From: Andalucia godoyi And28
Lineage: Eukaryota; Protista; Jakobida
Direction: 5' to 3'
Length of the DNA stretch: 64,000 nt
NCBI GenBank assembly: GCA_009859145.1
Contig: VRVR01000003.1
Coordinates: 133,315 to 197,314 of the forward strand
The translations under genes and the position numbers were made by a program. Below, piece after piece: positions 54,872 through 64,000 of the stretch. Below the pieces are notes generated by a model. That model did not search any database and was not told where the DNA came from. It worked only from the letters and a program-made list of their open reading frames with translations. Numbering within the stretch: position 1 is the stretch's first letter; each line of letters opens with the position of its first letter.

Positions 54872-57800
54872 TTACAGAGTCCCGTTGATGGTTCCCAGCT
54901 CACTTCTCAGCAGCGGTCTTTCGTATCCAACAAGATCGACATCCGTATCGCTAGTGATTCTCTTCATTTTCTTGTCCCTGCGACGAAGAATGGACTGATG
55001 CGCCATTGTTGTCAGGATGATCATCAGCAGAATCATGTTCAAGACGAAGATGAACACCCCCACGTCGTCTGCATCCTCCGTTCCCAACACTGACGATTGA
55101 ATGCCCGACGCATAGTTCATCAGAAGCAATGTCAGACTCATAGCTTCCAGAACATTGTTCCAGATCTTCCGGTAAGGCATGCAGGAAGTTTGTGCAATAA
55201 AGGAGAAACCGAGAACACAAGAAACAGACAGTGTTTTCCAAGCGGACAGCTGAGGTATCACCGAGAAACAGGCAACGAACAGTACTCGTCGGACAGTGTG
55301 GATAATCTCCCAAAATAAGAACCGAGGATGGTACGATGCGAACAACAAAGAGTACACATATCGCCTGCGGGAGCGAGAATCCTTGGGTTCCAAGGCAGAT
55401 CTGTTGCGAATGACAATGGTTGCCAGCGCCAACGGCAGCCCCACCACATACAGTACGAATGCAAGACCAGATACCACTTGTAACTGCGTGGAGCACTGTT
55501 CCGCAGGCTCCGCAATCATGTAAGACTTCCCGTCTCCCGCATCTTTGTGGCAGGCTAGCGGAATCAGAATAACACGGACGGCTGGCATGTAGAAGAAGGA
55601 CGCCAAAAACAACGAGCTACGTTTGCACCGATCCGCGAAACGAATGGGGCTCCAATTGCTGTTCGAAAAAAGCATAAACAAACGACCTGCAACCCAGACA
55701 AAAACGATGAAAATTGGGAAAACAACTGCTGCAAGCGTGGACAGCAAGTATGTATCCCGAAAACTCCAGTTGGACACAAAACATTCTGGCTCTGCGACAG
55801 AGAATACGGCAAACGAAGATCCGCTATGCGTAATTGCATACAGTGTAGATGGCATCGGCACCTTGACGAAAAATAACCCTTGGACGAAAAACACGAGAAT
55901 CTTAACGACTCCAGACGCATTGCCGTCCACAAAGAAACTCCATGCAAATATAGCAAGGATGACGAGTGCAACAAAAGTACCAAAAACGTAGAGACTAACA
56001 CCAGTCGGGCACGAAAGACATCTGCTGCCAGAGCGAAAGTACCCAGCAGTGCACCTCGCACACAGACGGCCCTCGTAGCCAGCAATGCAGACCGTCCCAA
56101 GACCGCTTGAGCGGCATGGTGTCAAGGACGTCCCCGCATCCGCGCACAATTCCAGCACTGCTGGGTATGCAATGTTCAGCTCCTGTGCACTTGCAGGAAC
56201 ATTGGGGGATGGATAGTACCCATCGGCCGCAATAACGTTTCCACTCAGATTCCACGCCGAATCCGGATTGATGGAGAAAACGACACTCTCAGATGAGAAC
56301 GAGCAGATAGCGTTCTCCAAACAATACTGGCAATACGGCGGCTTTCCAAAGAACCCCGGTCGGCAAACGCAGTTCATGTAGCTGTAGAAGTTGGGATCCG
56401 TCTGCACCAAGAGACGGATTCCCCCAACGTTCGCCAGATAACAGGTCATGTTCACACTGAACGGGTAAGCTGTGGATGCATTAAGAACAAAAAGATCCGC
56501 CACGGCACTAGAAAATGAAGAATGAAGCTGAATATCTGGGTTGTTCCGCAAATCCAATGTTGACAACACAGGCAAAAACGTCACAAGACCATCCAGCTCA
56601 TTTGACAGCAGATTCGAAGATAGATCGAGGGTCCGCAGACTGGGAAACAAATAGAGCAATTGCGAAAATGGAATGGAACCACCGCAAGTGTCGTAGTTCT
56701 GTAGTACAATGTCGATATCATAACTAGATTTCAGAAGCGACTTGGATATTCGCAAGGACGACAAGGACGCATACGCACTGTTGCACACGGAACATTCTGA
56801 CAACGCACTGATTACGCCTGGTATCGATGTTATCTCATTTCCAGACAAGTCCAAGTCGGACAGACCTGTCTGGGAGAACGTCAAATGCGTTTCGTTGAGC
56901 GTCGAATCAAAGTATCCACAAGGATAGATTGGAAAATTGCCACGGAATTGGTTGTATGCCAGCGATAAAGAGCGAAGTGTCAAATTCCCCCTGAATGCGC
57001 GAAGAGGGAAATCTCCAGAAAGCTGGTTGTACGAGAGATCGAGCGATTGCAAAGAAGAAAAGGAACCAATCGTGGAAAACGGAAAGGTGCGGAGTTGATT
57101 AGACGACAGGTCAAGCAACAGAAGAGACCGAAAGCCACAGTTTGGAAATCCTGTGAGCATGTTGTTTGACAGATACAGAAACTGCAGACCTTGATACTGG
57201 CACAGCTCCTGCGGAAGAGCACCCGACAGGTTATTAAACTGAAACTCCATCGAGTGCAGCACTGTATTAACCAAAGAAGGAAGCACCACCGGGCCAGAAA
57301 ACTGGTTCAGTTGGAGACTGATGATGCTCAGCGAAGGAAGAGCAAACAAGAAGAATGGAAACGTGCCCGAAAAGCGATTGGAGTGTGCATCAAGGACTTG
57401 CAAACGCAAAAGCAACCTCATGGATTGCGGCAGCGTACCGTTGAGCAAATTCGAGTGAATGGTCAGATCCGCCAGCAACGGCAGGTTTCCAATTGTCTCT
57501 GGTATCGGGCCTTGAAGGGCATTTGCAAACAGCCTGATGGATTCCAGTTTTGCAGGCGACCCGATGGTCGAAGGAACCGATCCGCTCAACGAGTTCATCG
57601 ACAAATCAAGAGAGGTCAACGACAGCATGCCGCCAATGGATGTCGGGATTTCTCCGGTCAAGCGATTTGAATGCAGCGCCAGGTTTGTAAGATTGCTTAG
57701 GTTTCCAAGTGAGCTCGGAAGCGTGCCTGAAAGCATATTACTGTCCAAATACATTTCCTGCAGCCCAAGGATGTTTCCCACGGACGCAGGGAGTGAGCCG

Positions 57801-58696
57801 GACAGGCGATTTGAGTGAATGTTCAAGAGCTGCAAGCCGACGGCAGATCCAATCGAATCTGGAATGGAGCCGCTGATTTCGTTGAAGTACAAAACGATGG
57901 TTTGCAGGTTGGTCAGGTTCCCCAGGCAACGAGGCAGCGATCCGTTGATGACATTCACGGATAGATCCATATTCACTAAGTTCGCCAAATTGCAGAAGGA
58001 GTCTGGAATTGGACCGCCGATGTTGTTCGTAGAAAAAGAAATGTCGGTCATTTGCGTAAGAAAACCAATGGAAAGCGGAATGGTGCCGGTGAGCCCGTTT
58101 TGAATAAGAGAAAGCTCCGTGACTCGTCCTGCAGGAGTGCACCCAACGCCAAACAAATTCAACTGACAGCAGGACGTTAAAACAGCTTGCTGCCCGGCAC
58201 TCCATCCCGTTCGATTGACCCACTGGGACCCACCCATCTGTGCATATATATCCCACAACGCCGAGCAATCCGCACGATCGCTCGCATACACTGCAGTACG
58301 TGCAAAGGTCTTTTTCAAATGTGACACGTCTCGAATGCGCAAAGGAAGAGATCGCACCGATCCATCTCTACGGTGTTGTTCTCGCTGAACCTCGCGAGGG
58401 GTGGGTCGACGCACATGCCAAGTACGCAAAGCACCAGGAATGAGCGGATCGTCACGGTCCCGACGCAGCTCCTCCTGCTGAGCTCGCAAATGCCTCACAA
58501 CACCACCACCACTCCTTCCGCCAACAAAGTCATCATCGTTGTGGTTACGACTATGACGACGCTGAAGACGCATCCGATGAGCCGGTTGATCTATGTTTCG
58601 ATGATCTTCAACACGCGAAGCCGCATTTGCAAGACGAGTCCACAGAGCAAGGATCACAAGGAGACTGAGCACGACGCTGATCGACCAGTATTTCAT
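54872..58696 (-). CDS. LRR ectodomain, Cys-rich region and multi-TM domain: receptor-like membrane protein
   Basis: Signal peptide, plant-like LRRNT and about 18 LxxLxLxxNxLSGxIP repeats, CxCxPG(F/Y) and CxxCxxG motifs, then at least 7 hydrophobic segments with FWEII and PY...N.LE motifs. Confidence 0.9.
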   Translation of the reverse strand: MKYWSISVVLSLLVILALWTRLANAASRVEDHRNIDQPAHRMRLQRRHSRNHNDDDFVGGRSGGGVVRHLRAQQEELRRDRDDPLIPGALRTWHVRRPTPREVQREQHRRDGSVRSLPLRIRDVSHLKKTFARTAVYASDRADCSALWDIYAQMGGSQWVNRTGWSAGQQAVLTSCCQLNLFGVGCTPAGRVTELSLIQNGLTGTIPLSIGFLTQMTDISFSTNNIGGPIPDSFCNLANLVNMDLSVNVINGSLPRCLGNLTNLQTIVLYFNEISGSIPDSIGSAVGLQLLNIHSNRLSGSLPASVGNILGLQEMYLDSNMLSGTLPSSLGNLSNLTNLALHSNRLTGEIPTSIGGMLSLTSLDLSMNSLSGSVPSTIGSPAKLESIRLFANALQGPIPETIGNLPLLADLTIHSNLLNGTLPQSMRLLLRLQVLDAHSNRFSGTFPFFLFALPSLSIISLQLNQFSGPVVLPSLVNTVLHSMEFQFNNLSGALPQELCQYQGLQFLYLSNNMLTGFPNCGFRSLLLLDLSSNQLRTFPFSTIGSFSSLQSLDLSYNQLSGDFPLRAFRGNLTLRSLSLAYNQFRGNFPIYPCGYFDSTLNETHLTFSQTGLSDLDLSGNEITSIPGVISALSECSVCNSAYASLSSLRISKSLLKSSYDIDIVLQNYDTCGGSIPFSQLLYLFPSLRTLDLSSNLLSNELDGLVTFLPVLSTLDLRNNPDIQLHSSFSSAVADLFVLNASTAYPFSVNMTCYLANVGGIRLLVQTDPNFYSYMNCVCRPGFFGKPPYCQYCLENAICSFSSESVVFSINPDSAWNLSGNVIAADGYYPSPNVPASAQELNIAYPAVLELCADAGTSLTPCRSSGLGTVCIAGYEGRLCARCTAGYFRSGSRCLSCPTGVSLYVFGTFVALVILAIFAWSFFVDGNASGVVKILVFFVQGLFFVKVPMPSTLYAITHSGSSFAVFSVAEPECFVSNWSFRDTYLLSTLAAVVFPIFIVFVWVAGRLFMLFSNSNWSPIRFADRCKRSSLFLASFFYMPAVRVILIPLACHKDAGDGKSYMIAEPAEQCSTQLQVVSGLAFVLYVVGLPLALATIVIRNRSALEPKDSRSRRRYVYSLLFASYHPRFLFWEIIHTVRRVLFVACFSVIPQLSAWKTLSVSCVLGFSFIAQTSCMPYRKIWNNVLEAMSLTLLLMNYASGIQSSVLGTEDADDVGVFIFVLNMILLMIILTTMAHQSILRRRDKKMKRITSDTDVDLVGYERPLLRSELGTINGTL

Positions 58697-59132
58697 TGGA
58701 ATCTCATTAATTTCGCGGCAAGCTGCTGTTTCGAGATCAAAAATTCTAGTGCCGAAAGAACCATTGGGAGACGCAAATGAATAGAGAAAGAACAAGAACA
58801 AGAGTCTTCCATTCACCGCGTTAAAACTTCGTTTTCATCGTCTTTTGACAGATTGCTGGAAATCCCAACTAGTACCAATTAGCACTGATGCAGTGTATCC
58901 GAAAAATACGTGTATACTGAAAAGAGTTTGAAAAATAAACAGTCCGGCAGGAATGCACGATAGGAGATGTACGGTACCCTGGGACACCGTTAAAAGAATG
59001 GCTTCCGCAAAGTTCCCCCATTTGTTGCGAGCTTGCGTTTCTTATTATTTTTCAATATACTATTTATTTCTCATTAAGCACCCCCCCATCCCTCAACCCC
59101 GGCTCGTTTCTTTTTGTTTATTCAGCTCGAGG

Positions 59133-60701
59133 ATGTCGGTACCGATGTACGTGAACCTCCAGGAGAGGCTTCGTGTTGAGCGGGAAGAAGCAGAGGTTCG
59201 TGAAGAACAGATTCGAGTGTTGTGTGCCGAGTATTATGATTTGAAGAGGGTCCATGAGTCGACGATGGAAGAGAACAGTCGGATGGCTGCGCAGCACAGT
59301 GAAATGCTTCAGCAAAACGGTGAGATGCGTGGAAGCTACCATTCTCTGGAGGAACAGATTCAGGAGCTGGAGTCTCGAAATGCTGATTTGCAGACGTTTG
59401 TGGAGTCTTTGCAGCAAGAAATTGCCGGCCTGAAGAAGATCATTGACGAGAAGGATGCCCAAATGCAGCATGAACATCAGCTTTGTGCAGATCTCCAGAG
59501 CTCCGTGGAGGAGAAAGAAGTAGAGATCAGAAGAGTGAAGAAGGATCTGAAGTTCTCCTGGAGTGAGACGGAGCAATTGCGCCACAGGTTGGATTTGACC
59601 ACGGAGAAGAAGAAAGAGATCGAGGCGCTTTACGGAGAAGACAAGGACCGAATTGAGCGGATGAGAAGGTTAGTTGATGCGAAGGATCGTCAGCGATTGC
59701 GGGCAGAGGAGCTGAAAAAAAAGGCAGATGACGAATGCGATGCGCACAAGAAGCGTGAAAAGTTGTTGGAGTTCCATCTCAAGCAGGTCACTGACGGATT
59801 TCAAGATATGGAAGCAAAATATAATGCTCTTTTTGAACGGAACCGAGAAATGCACGCTGAAAACAGGAAGCTGTGCGAGGAGCTCAGCGCATCGTTGAAG
59901 AAGGAATCGTCTCGTGAGAAGCAGCTTTCGCAGCTGTGGACGGAGGTTGAGTATTGGAAGAGCGCGGTTGCAACGGCAGAAGCTGCGGAAGATGAGTTCA
60001 GCAAGCTTCGAGCTCGGTATGCGGATCCAAGTGATCTTGCCCAGGCGGTTTTTGATGGTGAAGAGCTGCTGAGCATGGTCGGTCAAGGATGGCAAACCGC
60101 GCACTCGGGACAATTGTCGGACACCCAGGCCGTATCCTCCCAAGAATATGTGTCGCAAGGTTCCGCTTATCAAGATCAGCAAGGCGAGTATAATGAGACG
60201 TATGACGGAAGGAATCTTGGAGAGGGCTACAACGCCCAAGAAGGATGTCAGCATCATGGAGGAGATGAAGAGGAGGAAGACGTGTACGACGCCCCGGATC
60301 GCGAGGAATACTATCGTCAAGAGCCTACGAATGCTTCTCTCCCGTCTAACGATGCATCGCAGTTGAAGCACCGCCACTACAACTCCAGCCATCCTCACCC
60401 GCATTGTGATCCGCAGCAGCAGCATCAGCATACTTCTGTTCAGCAGATGATTCCATTGATGGATACGCTTGCGGTGGCAGAGGTAACGTGTGGAGCGTTC
60501 CTGAGTGCCGTGGAGACTATGGAAGCAGATGAAACGCGAAAGAACGAACTGAAGAAACCGATGCAGAAGACTTTGCAGAGCAATCCCGATGCACTGCGGC
60601 TTCGAGCGGAGAAGCTTCGACAAAAGAATTCGAATTTGCTCAAAACTCTGCAGGACCGCTCTCGTATGCTGCGAACCACAGTTTCAGGATCCAGCGTCTG
60701 A
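59133..60701 (+). CDS. Coiled-coil hypothetical protein
   Basis: Long heptad-rich E/K/Q region followed by a disordered tail. Confidence 0.8.
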   Translation: MSVPMYVNLQERLRVEREEAEVREEQIRVLCAEYYDLKRVHESTMEENSRMAAQHSEMLQQNGEMRGSYHSLEEQIQELESRNADLQTFVESLQQEIAGLKKIIDEKDAQMQHEHQLCADLQSSVEEKEVEIRRVKKDLKFSWSETEQLRHRLDLTTEKKKEIEALYGEDKDRIERMRRLVDAKDRQRLRAEELKKKADDECDAHKKREKLLEFHLKQVTDGFQDMEAKYNALFERNREMHAENRKLCEELSASLKKESSREKQLSQLWTEVEYWKSAVATAEAAEDEFSKLRARYADPSDLAQAVFDGEELLSMVGQGWQTAHSGQLSDTQAVSSQEYVSQGSAYQDQQGEYNETYDGRNLGEGYNAQEGCQHHGGDEEEEDVYDAPDREEYYRQEPTNASLPSNDASQLKHRHYNSSHPHPHCDPQQQHQHTSVQQMIPLMDTLAVAEVTCGAFLSAVETMEADETRKNELKKPMQKTLQSNPDALRLRAEKLRQKNSNLLKTLQDRSRMLRTTVSGSSV

Positions 60702-60724
60702 GTCTGCTCCACCTCCCTTTCGTT

Positions 60725-60759
<35 letters not shown>

Positions 60760-61350
60760 TTCTATTTCTATATATCCACCTCATCATGTACTTATTCCTG
60801 CGCTTTAAAGCAAAAAAAAAAAAAGAAGAAGACAGATTGGTGTGCTACTCGATGCCAGATCCCCATTACAGACACGTCGCGCACCACTCCAATCTCTCGA
60901 TCCAGACGTGCCGGAACCACGATGTGGTCAGGCGTGAATGAAAAAAGTCGAACGAAACAGCACTATCTGAAAATACTTGGGGGTGGGTGGAGTATCGCTC
61001 ATTTGCTTTCCAACCGTCGTATGCCCCCGCCCCTCCGCACCCAAATCCTGTTCCCGCCATTAAAACCCAAAAGGACCAAAACCCCCCTCCAAAAAGACCC
61101 CCGAGTCCGCGCCCTTTCAAAATCGACGCATTCTCCACTGCTCTTTCCTTTCCTTTTCCCCTCCATTTCATCCTTCGCTTTCTTTGCTTTCTTGGATTTT
61201 TCTTCTTCTCTCATTTGTCTGCTTCATTGTCTCATTTTGCTTCTGTGCTCTTCTGTTAATCTTCTTCGTTCCTTCCTCCTTCATAATTATTATTTTAAAC
61301 TCGTTTTGTGAAGAGGGGTTTTTTGTTTTGTTTCTGTTTTTGTTTCAAGC

Positions 61351-64000
61351 ATGCCTTCCATCAATGCAAATCTCTTCTATGGTCGTCTGAATCACTTGTT
61401 TCAGTCGTGGGAGTCAAGCCTTCGCGATTTGTGGCAAGAGGCAGATTCGTTCTCTTTAATTTCAGGAAAGGACAATGACGAAAAACCGCCCATTACAAAG
61501 ACTTCGTCCGTGCAGAGTTATCTTACCGGATACGAACTGACGGATACTCTATTTGTGTTTTTGCGGGCTGAAAAGGAAGTGCATGTTTTTGTGTCATCCA
61601 AGCGAAAAACTATTTTTGATTCTGTTGTGGCAGATGAGGATGCGCGGAAAAAGGCAAAGTGCGAGGCGCGCATGATCACTCACGAGCGATCTTCTCCCGA
61701 GTTTCCCGAGGCTGAAGTTGCAAAGGTTCTTCGCGGAAAGACGCGCATTGGACACATCTTCAAGGAACTGGAATTTCAGATCGGAAAGTTTGCCGAAGGA
61801 TACAGAAAGTGGGCGAAGAACTCGACAATCGACGTGTCGAGCGGTGTTTCGGATGTTTTTGAGATCAAGGATGAATCTGGAATTGAATCAGTGAAGAAGG
61901 CCGCGGACCTCAGTGCCTGTGTCATGACGGAGGTTGCAAAAGCTGTTGTGCAGCGTGCGGTGGAAAAGAGAGTGCCGATCAAGCACTCTGAAATGTCGGA
62001 AAAAATTGCAGAGGCATTCTCAGATCCAGCCCAGCAGATTCCGTCGAAAAAGGTGGAGCTGGACGAGGAAGAAGCAACAAAATTCGATTCTGCGTTTCCT
62101 CCCATCATTCAGTCCGGTGAAAATGTCGATCTTTCTCTTAATGCGGAGAACACAGACGGAAATGTGCGGACAAATGCGGTTGTGGTCATGCTGGGTGCGC
62201 GCCACTTGTCATTCACGTCTCTTTGCGCTCGCACTTTCATGCACAACCCGAACTCGGAAATGAGACGTGTTTACCAAGTCTTATTAGAAGCTCGCTCTGC
62301 AGCGATCAAGGCCATGAAGGTCGGCGCGCCACTGTCAACGGTCTTCAACGCTGCTGCAGGGGTTGTTGATGATAAGCTCTCCAAATTCTTTCCGAAGTCG
62401 GTTGGATTCGCCATGGGACTTGAATTGAAGGAAATGAACAGCACAATCAACGCGAAGAACAGTGCAAAGATGTTGAAGCCAAACACGTACTATGGCCTGC
62501 AGATTGGGTTTGCAAATGTCCGTCTCAACGAAGTTCAAAAGGTGTTTTCACTTTTCGTTGCGGATACTGTGTTGATCTCGGAGGATGACGGTAAGGCGCA
62601 TGTGTTAACAGAAGCAGAGTCACCTGTTGACATCGACGCAGTGACCGTCTCCGCGTCTGCCATTGTGCTGGATGATATGGTAACGGATGGAGCACCTCGT
62701 ACACGAGCATCGCGCCGCGCCGCAAGTTCGATGCCTGACACGACCAAGAACATGGAAACGATCGACAAAAAGAATCTCGAACTGCTGGATGAACTGGAAG
62801 CCTCATCTGCAAGCAAGGGTCCCAAGGTTTTGTCGGCTCAGAAGGAAAAGTATTCCTATGTTCGCGAGCTTTTGGAAGGCCGTGTGACGGCATACCGAAA
62901 TGGCGGTCAGTATCCCTCCGGACTGAAAATGCACGAAATTTACGTCGACAAGGATCGTGCAACCGTTTTGCTTCCTATCTATGGGCGCCACGTTCCATTC
63001 CATGTTTCCTCGATCAAGGGACTCTCGAAATTCAACTCGGATGACATTCAATATCTCCGCTTCAACTTCATTGATGGGCCGGCTGAATCCATCTTTATTC
63101 GTGAAATTTCTTTCCGCACTCAGGACCCGGAGGCTTTTCGGGAGGTGGAGGAAAAGATCAAGGATGTGCAAAAGAAGCTCAAGGCGGAGGAGGCGCAGAA
63201 ACAGCAAGAGGTGGAGCGGGATGATGATGAGAATCCGGAAGAAGCCCTGATGATTGATCGCATGACCCCCCTTCGCTATGATGAATTGGTCATTTTGCCC
63301 AAACTTGGCCGTGCAAAACAAAACATGGGTTCCGTTACTTGCCACAAGAACGGCATTCGCTTCCAGTCCAGCACGAATGAGATCGTCGATATCCTGTTCA
63401 AGAACATCCGCTACGCCTTTTTCCAGCCAGCGAAGGACTCGACGGTTTGCTTGATTCACTTCCATTTGAAGAGGCCCATTCCTTTTGGAAAGAAGACGAC
63501 GCAAGATGTTCAGTTCCGCGAGGAAATTGAGGACGACGTTGATCATCTGGAAGGACGCAAGTACCGACACATCAACAGCGATGAGGAAGCGTACATGATT
63601 GAGAGGAAGTTGGAGAAGAGAAGGATGGAGACGAACAAGGCGATGCGTGAGCTTGTTGAGAAGCTGAACGAGCGATTCGACAAGGCTGGATTCCCTGGAG
63701 TGAAGTTTCAAATGCCGAAGCCGTCTCTTGGTTTCCGTGGAAATCCCGGAAGAAACATGTCGGATCTTGCCCCGACAAAGTCATGCCTTGTTTCTCTTCT
63801 CGAATTTCCGTTCTTTGTGCTTCCGCTGGAAGACGTCGAGGTTGCGTGGCTTGAAAGGGTCAGTGCAGATGCGAAGACGCGGAACTTTGACATTGTGTTC
63901 GTCTTCAAGGACTACAACAAGGGATTCGTCCGCATCGATTCTATTGAACGATACTACTATCCTGCAACGGACCAGGGCGTGCAGGAAACGCTTGCAGATC
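61351..64000 (+). CDS. SPT16: FACT complex subunit SPT16 (runs off the window end)
   Basis: Absent from the ORF track because no stop is reached. ATG at 61351; KTSSVQSYLTGYELTDT, IIQSG, HVPFHVSSIK, YLRFNF, DILFKNIRYAFFQP and PFFVLPLEDVEVAWLERV motifs. Confidence 0.93.
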   Translation, partial: MPSINANLFYGRLNHLFQSWESSLRDLWQEADSFSLISGKDNDEKPPITKTSSVQSYLTGYELTDTLFVFLRAEKEVHVFVSSKRKTIFDSVVADEDARKKAKCEARMITHERSSPEFPEAEVAKVLRGKTRIGHIFKELEFQIGKFAEGYRKWAKNSTIDVSSGVSDVFEIKDESGIESVKKAADLSACVMTEVAKAVVQRAVEKRVPIKHSEMSEKIAEAFSDPAQQIPSKKVELDEEEATKFDSAFPPIIQSGENVDLSLNAENTDGNVRTNAVVVMLGARHLSFTSLCARTFMHNPNSEMRRVYQVLLEARSAAIKAMKVGAPLSTVFNAAAGVVDDKLSKFFPKSVGFAMGLELKEMNSTINAKNSAKMLKPNTYYGLQIGFANVRLNEVQKVFSLFVADTVLISEDDGKAHVLTEAESPVDIDAVTVSASAIVLDDMVTDGAPRTRASRRAASSMPDTTKNMETIDKKNLELLDELEASSASKGPKVLSAQKEKYSYVRELLEGRVTAYRNGGQYPSGLKMHEIYVDKDRATVLLPIYGRHVPFHVSSIKGLSKFNSDDIQYLRFNFIDGPAESIFIREISFRTQDPEAFREVEEKIKDVQKKLKAEEAQKQQEVERDDDENPEEALMIDRMTPLRYDELVILPKLGRAKQNMGSVTCHKNGIRFQSSTNEIVDILFKNIRYAFFQPAKDSTVCLIHFHLKRPIPFGKKTTQDVQFREEIEDDVDHLEGRKYRHINSDEEAYMIERKLEKRRMETNKAMRELVEKLNERFDKAGFPGVKFQMPKPSLGFRGNPGRNMSDLAPTKSCLVSLLEFPFFVLPLEDVEVAWLERVSADAKTRNFDIVFVFKDYNKGFVRIDSIERYYYPATDQGVQETLAD

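Noticed and set aside
58891-58919. Imperfect palindrome CAGTGTAT...ATACTG resembling a Tc1 footprint or MITE
   Set aside because: Too short, no TA target duplication and no second copy in the window.

Overview
Gene-dense, intron-poor nuclear DNA (~50% GC, AT-rich or microsatellite-rich spacers, short GT-AG introns) from a flagellated, probably aerobic protist (IFT88, COQ4). The species cannot be identified from sequence alone. About 28 housekeeping or hypothetical genes are present, including YJU2, CDC50, TRAPPC8, UBAC2, acid sphingomyelinase-like, MTR3-like, a GRAM-Qbc SNARE, an LRR/Sfi1 protein, ATG8, an STK24-like kinase, spartin/senescence, SGTA, COQ4, IFT88, LIMR, RAB2, VPS33, HSP70, TBCA, a Maelstrom-like nuclease, an LRR multi-TM receptor and a partial SPT16. 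The main result is in the intergenic spacers: a family of non-autonomous TnpB/Fanzor (probably Fanzor2/IS607-like) elements, copies A 15507-15881, B 28879-29247, C 33500-33948 and D right end ~39327-39478. A, B and C share a 5'-CCG|TTG left junction. All four share a ...AATG(T/C)AGG-CG right end, a degenerate nuclease C-terminus and a structured omegaRNA-like scaffold, each followed by a different host-derived putative guide. Copy C retains the TnpB N-terminal motif fused to the RuvC-III motif DRDxNxARNI. A near-identical ~517 bp element occurs twice in inverted orientation (2222-2739, 38810-39326), and a Tc1/IS630 transposase remnant lies next to copy A. No autonomous Fanzor, tRNA, rRNA or CRISPR array was recognised.
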